Sequence record: OR846416.1
Strand: one strand, 5' to 3'
DNA from: a phage
DNA: 1,078 nucleotides
Shown: positions 1 through 1,078 of the stretch, one piece after another
How positions within the stretch are numbered: position 1 is the first letter of the stretch
How the letters are laid out: every line of letters starts with the position of its first letter
Made by a program: the position numbers and the translations under genes
Notes under the pieces: model-generated
Databases searched by the model: none
Seen by the model: only the letters and a program-made list of their open reading frames with translations
What the model was told of the DNA's origin: nothing

Positions 1-299
<299 letters not shown>

Positions 300-307
300 T
301 GTTATCT

Positions 308-312
308 GGAGA
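308..312 (+). promoter_or_regulatory. Shine-Dalgarno ribosome-binding site for the downstream CDS
   Basis: GGAGA at 308-312, with 8 nt (AAAATAAA) between GGAG and the ATG at 320-322. The spacer is A-rich, which is typical of an efficient initiation region. Confidence 0.7.
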
Positions 313-319
313 AAATAAA

Positions 320-1078
320 ATGTTGGATATTGATAAAAGCACTGTGGACTTTCTGGTCACCGAAAATATGGTTCAGGAAGTGGAAAAAGTTCTCAGCCAT
401 GACGTTCCGCTGGTGCACACCATCGTGGAAGAGATGGTGAAGCGCGACATCGATCGTATTTATTTCGTTGCCTGCGGATCGCCACTCAACGCGGCGCAAA
501 CGGCGAAACATCTGGCAGATCGCTTTTCCGATCTTCAGGTTTACGCCATTTCCGGCTGGGAGTTCTGCGATAACACCCCATATCGCCTCGACGCTCGTTG
601 CGCGGTGATTGGCGTTTCTGACTACGGTAAAACCGAAGAGGTAATCAAAGCGCTGGAGCTGGGCCGGGCCTGCGGCGCACTCACTGCGGCGTTCACCAAA
701 CGCGCGGATAGCCCGATTACCTCGGCGGCGGAATTTAGCATTGATTATCAGGCCGACTGTATCTGGGAAATTCATCTGCTGCTCTGCTACAGCGTGGTGC
801 TGGAGATGATCACCCGCCTCGCGCCGCACGCGGAAATCGGCAAGATCAAAAACGATCTCAAACAGCTGCCGAATGCGCTCGGTTATCTGGTACGCACTTG
901 GGAAGAAAAAGGCCGCCAGCTTGGTGAACTGGCCAGCCAGTGGCCGATGATTTACACGGTTGCTGCAGGCCCGCTGCGCCCGCTGGGTTACAAAGAAGGC
1001 ATCGTGACGCTGATGGAATTTACCTGGACGCACGGCTGTGTGATTGAGAGCGGTGAGTTCCGTCACGGCCCGCTGGAG
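320..1078 (+). CDS. frlB: Fructoselysine-6-phosphate deglycase, SIS-domain (GlmS isomerase-like) protein; 3' partial, N-terminal 253 codons present
   Basis: ATG at 320 is preceded by the SD and the frame is open to the window end (759 nt, 253 codons). Translation begins MLDIDKSTVDFLVTENMVQEVEKVLSHDVPLVHTIVEEMVKRDIDRIYFVACGSPLNAAQTAKHLADRF. SIS-domain motifs are visible: F-V-A-C-G-S-P (nt 473-484) resembling the GlmS A-C-G-T-S loop, S-D-Y-G-K-T (nt 617-634) resembling the S-x-S-G-x-T motif, and G-E-F-R-H-G-P-L at the window end resembling GlmS G-E-L-K-H-G-P-L. Codon usage is E. coli-like, with no TTA, CTA or TCA codons in the covered part. Confidence 0.85.
   Translation, partial: MLDIDKSTVDFLVTENMVQEVEKVLSHDVPLVHTIVEEMVKRDIDRIYFVACGSPLNAAQTAKHLADRFSDLQVYAISGWEFCDNTPYRLDARCAVIGVSDYGKTEEVIKALELGRACGALTAAFTKRADSPITSAAEFSIDYQADCIWEIHLLLCYSVVLEMITRLAPHAEIGKIKNDLKQLPNALGYLVRTWEEKGRQLGELASQWPMIYTVAAGPLRPLGYKEGIVTLMEFTWTHGCVIESGEFRHGPLE

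Noticed and set aside
929-945. 8-bp palindrome CTGGCCAG (929-936) and a short GGCCA...TGGCC inverted repeat
   Set aside because: It is short and lies inside the frlB coding sequence encoding L-A-S-Q-W-P, with no U-tract or promoter context. Palindromes of this length occur frequently by chance.
302-1066. 254-aa ORF on the minus strand spanning almost the whole frlB region
   Set aside because: It is the exact codon-for-codon antisense frame of frlB. Stops in that frame arise only from sense TTA, CTA or TCA codons, which frlB never uses here, so the frame stays open by codon bias alone. Its first stop is the TTA at 302-304 in the spacer. The predicted protein is low-complexity (rich in R, F, H, A), starts at GTG, has no SD, and is still open at the window edge. 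It is a classic shadow ORF.

Overview
This window is an ordinary operon junction that I recognise as the Escherichia coli-type fructoselysine utilisation locus, not a novel system. Bases 1-299 (+) encode the C-terminal ~99 residues of a membrane permease (open from the window edge, in frame from base 3, ending TAA 297-299), best matching the fructoselysine transporter FrlA. A 20-nt spacer with a Shine-Dalgarno GGAG (308-311) precedes an ATG at 320, which opens a + strand ORF running to the window end (253 codons, 3' partial). Its translation (MLDIDKSTVDFLVTENMVQEVEKVLSHDVPLVH...) carries SIS-domain signatures (CGSP loop, S-x-x-G-x-T motif, and a GE-F-R-HGPL motif matching the GlmS isomerase-domain catalytic region), consistent with fructoselysine-6-phosphate deglycase FrlB. 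The 254-aa minus-strand ORF in the track is an antisense shadow of frlB, and the 85-aa + ORF at 42-299 is only an internal Met of the permease tail. I see no RNA genes, mobile elements, CRISPR repeats or terminators. Gene names rest on recall of the protein sequences and were not checked by any search.
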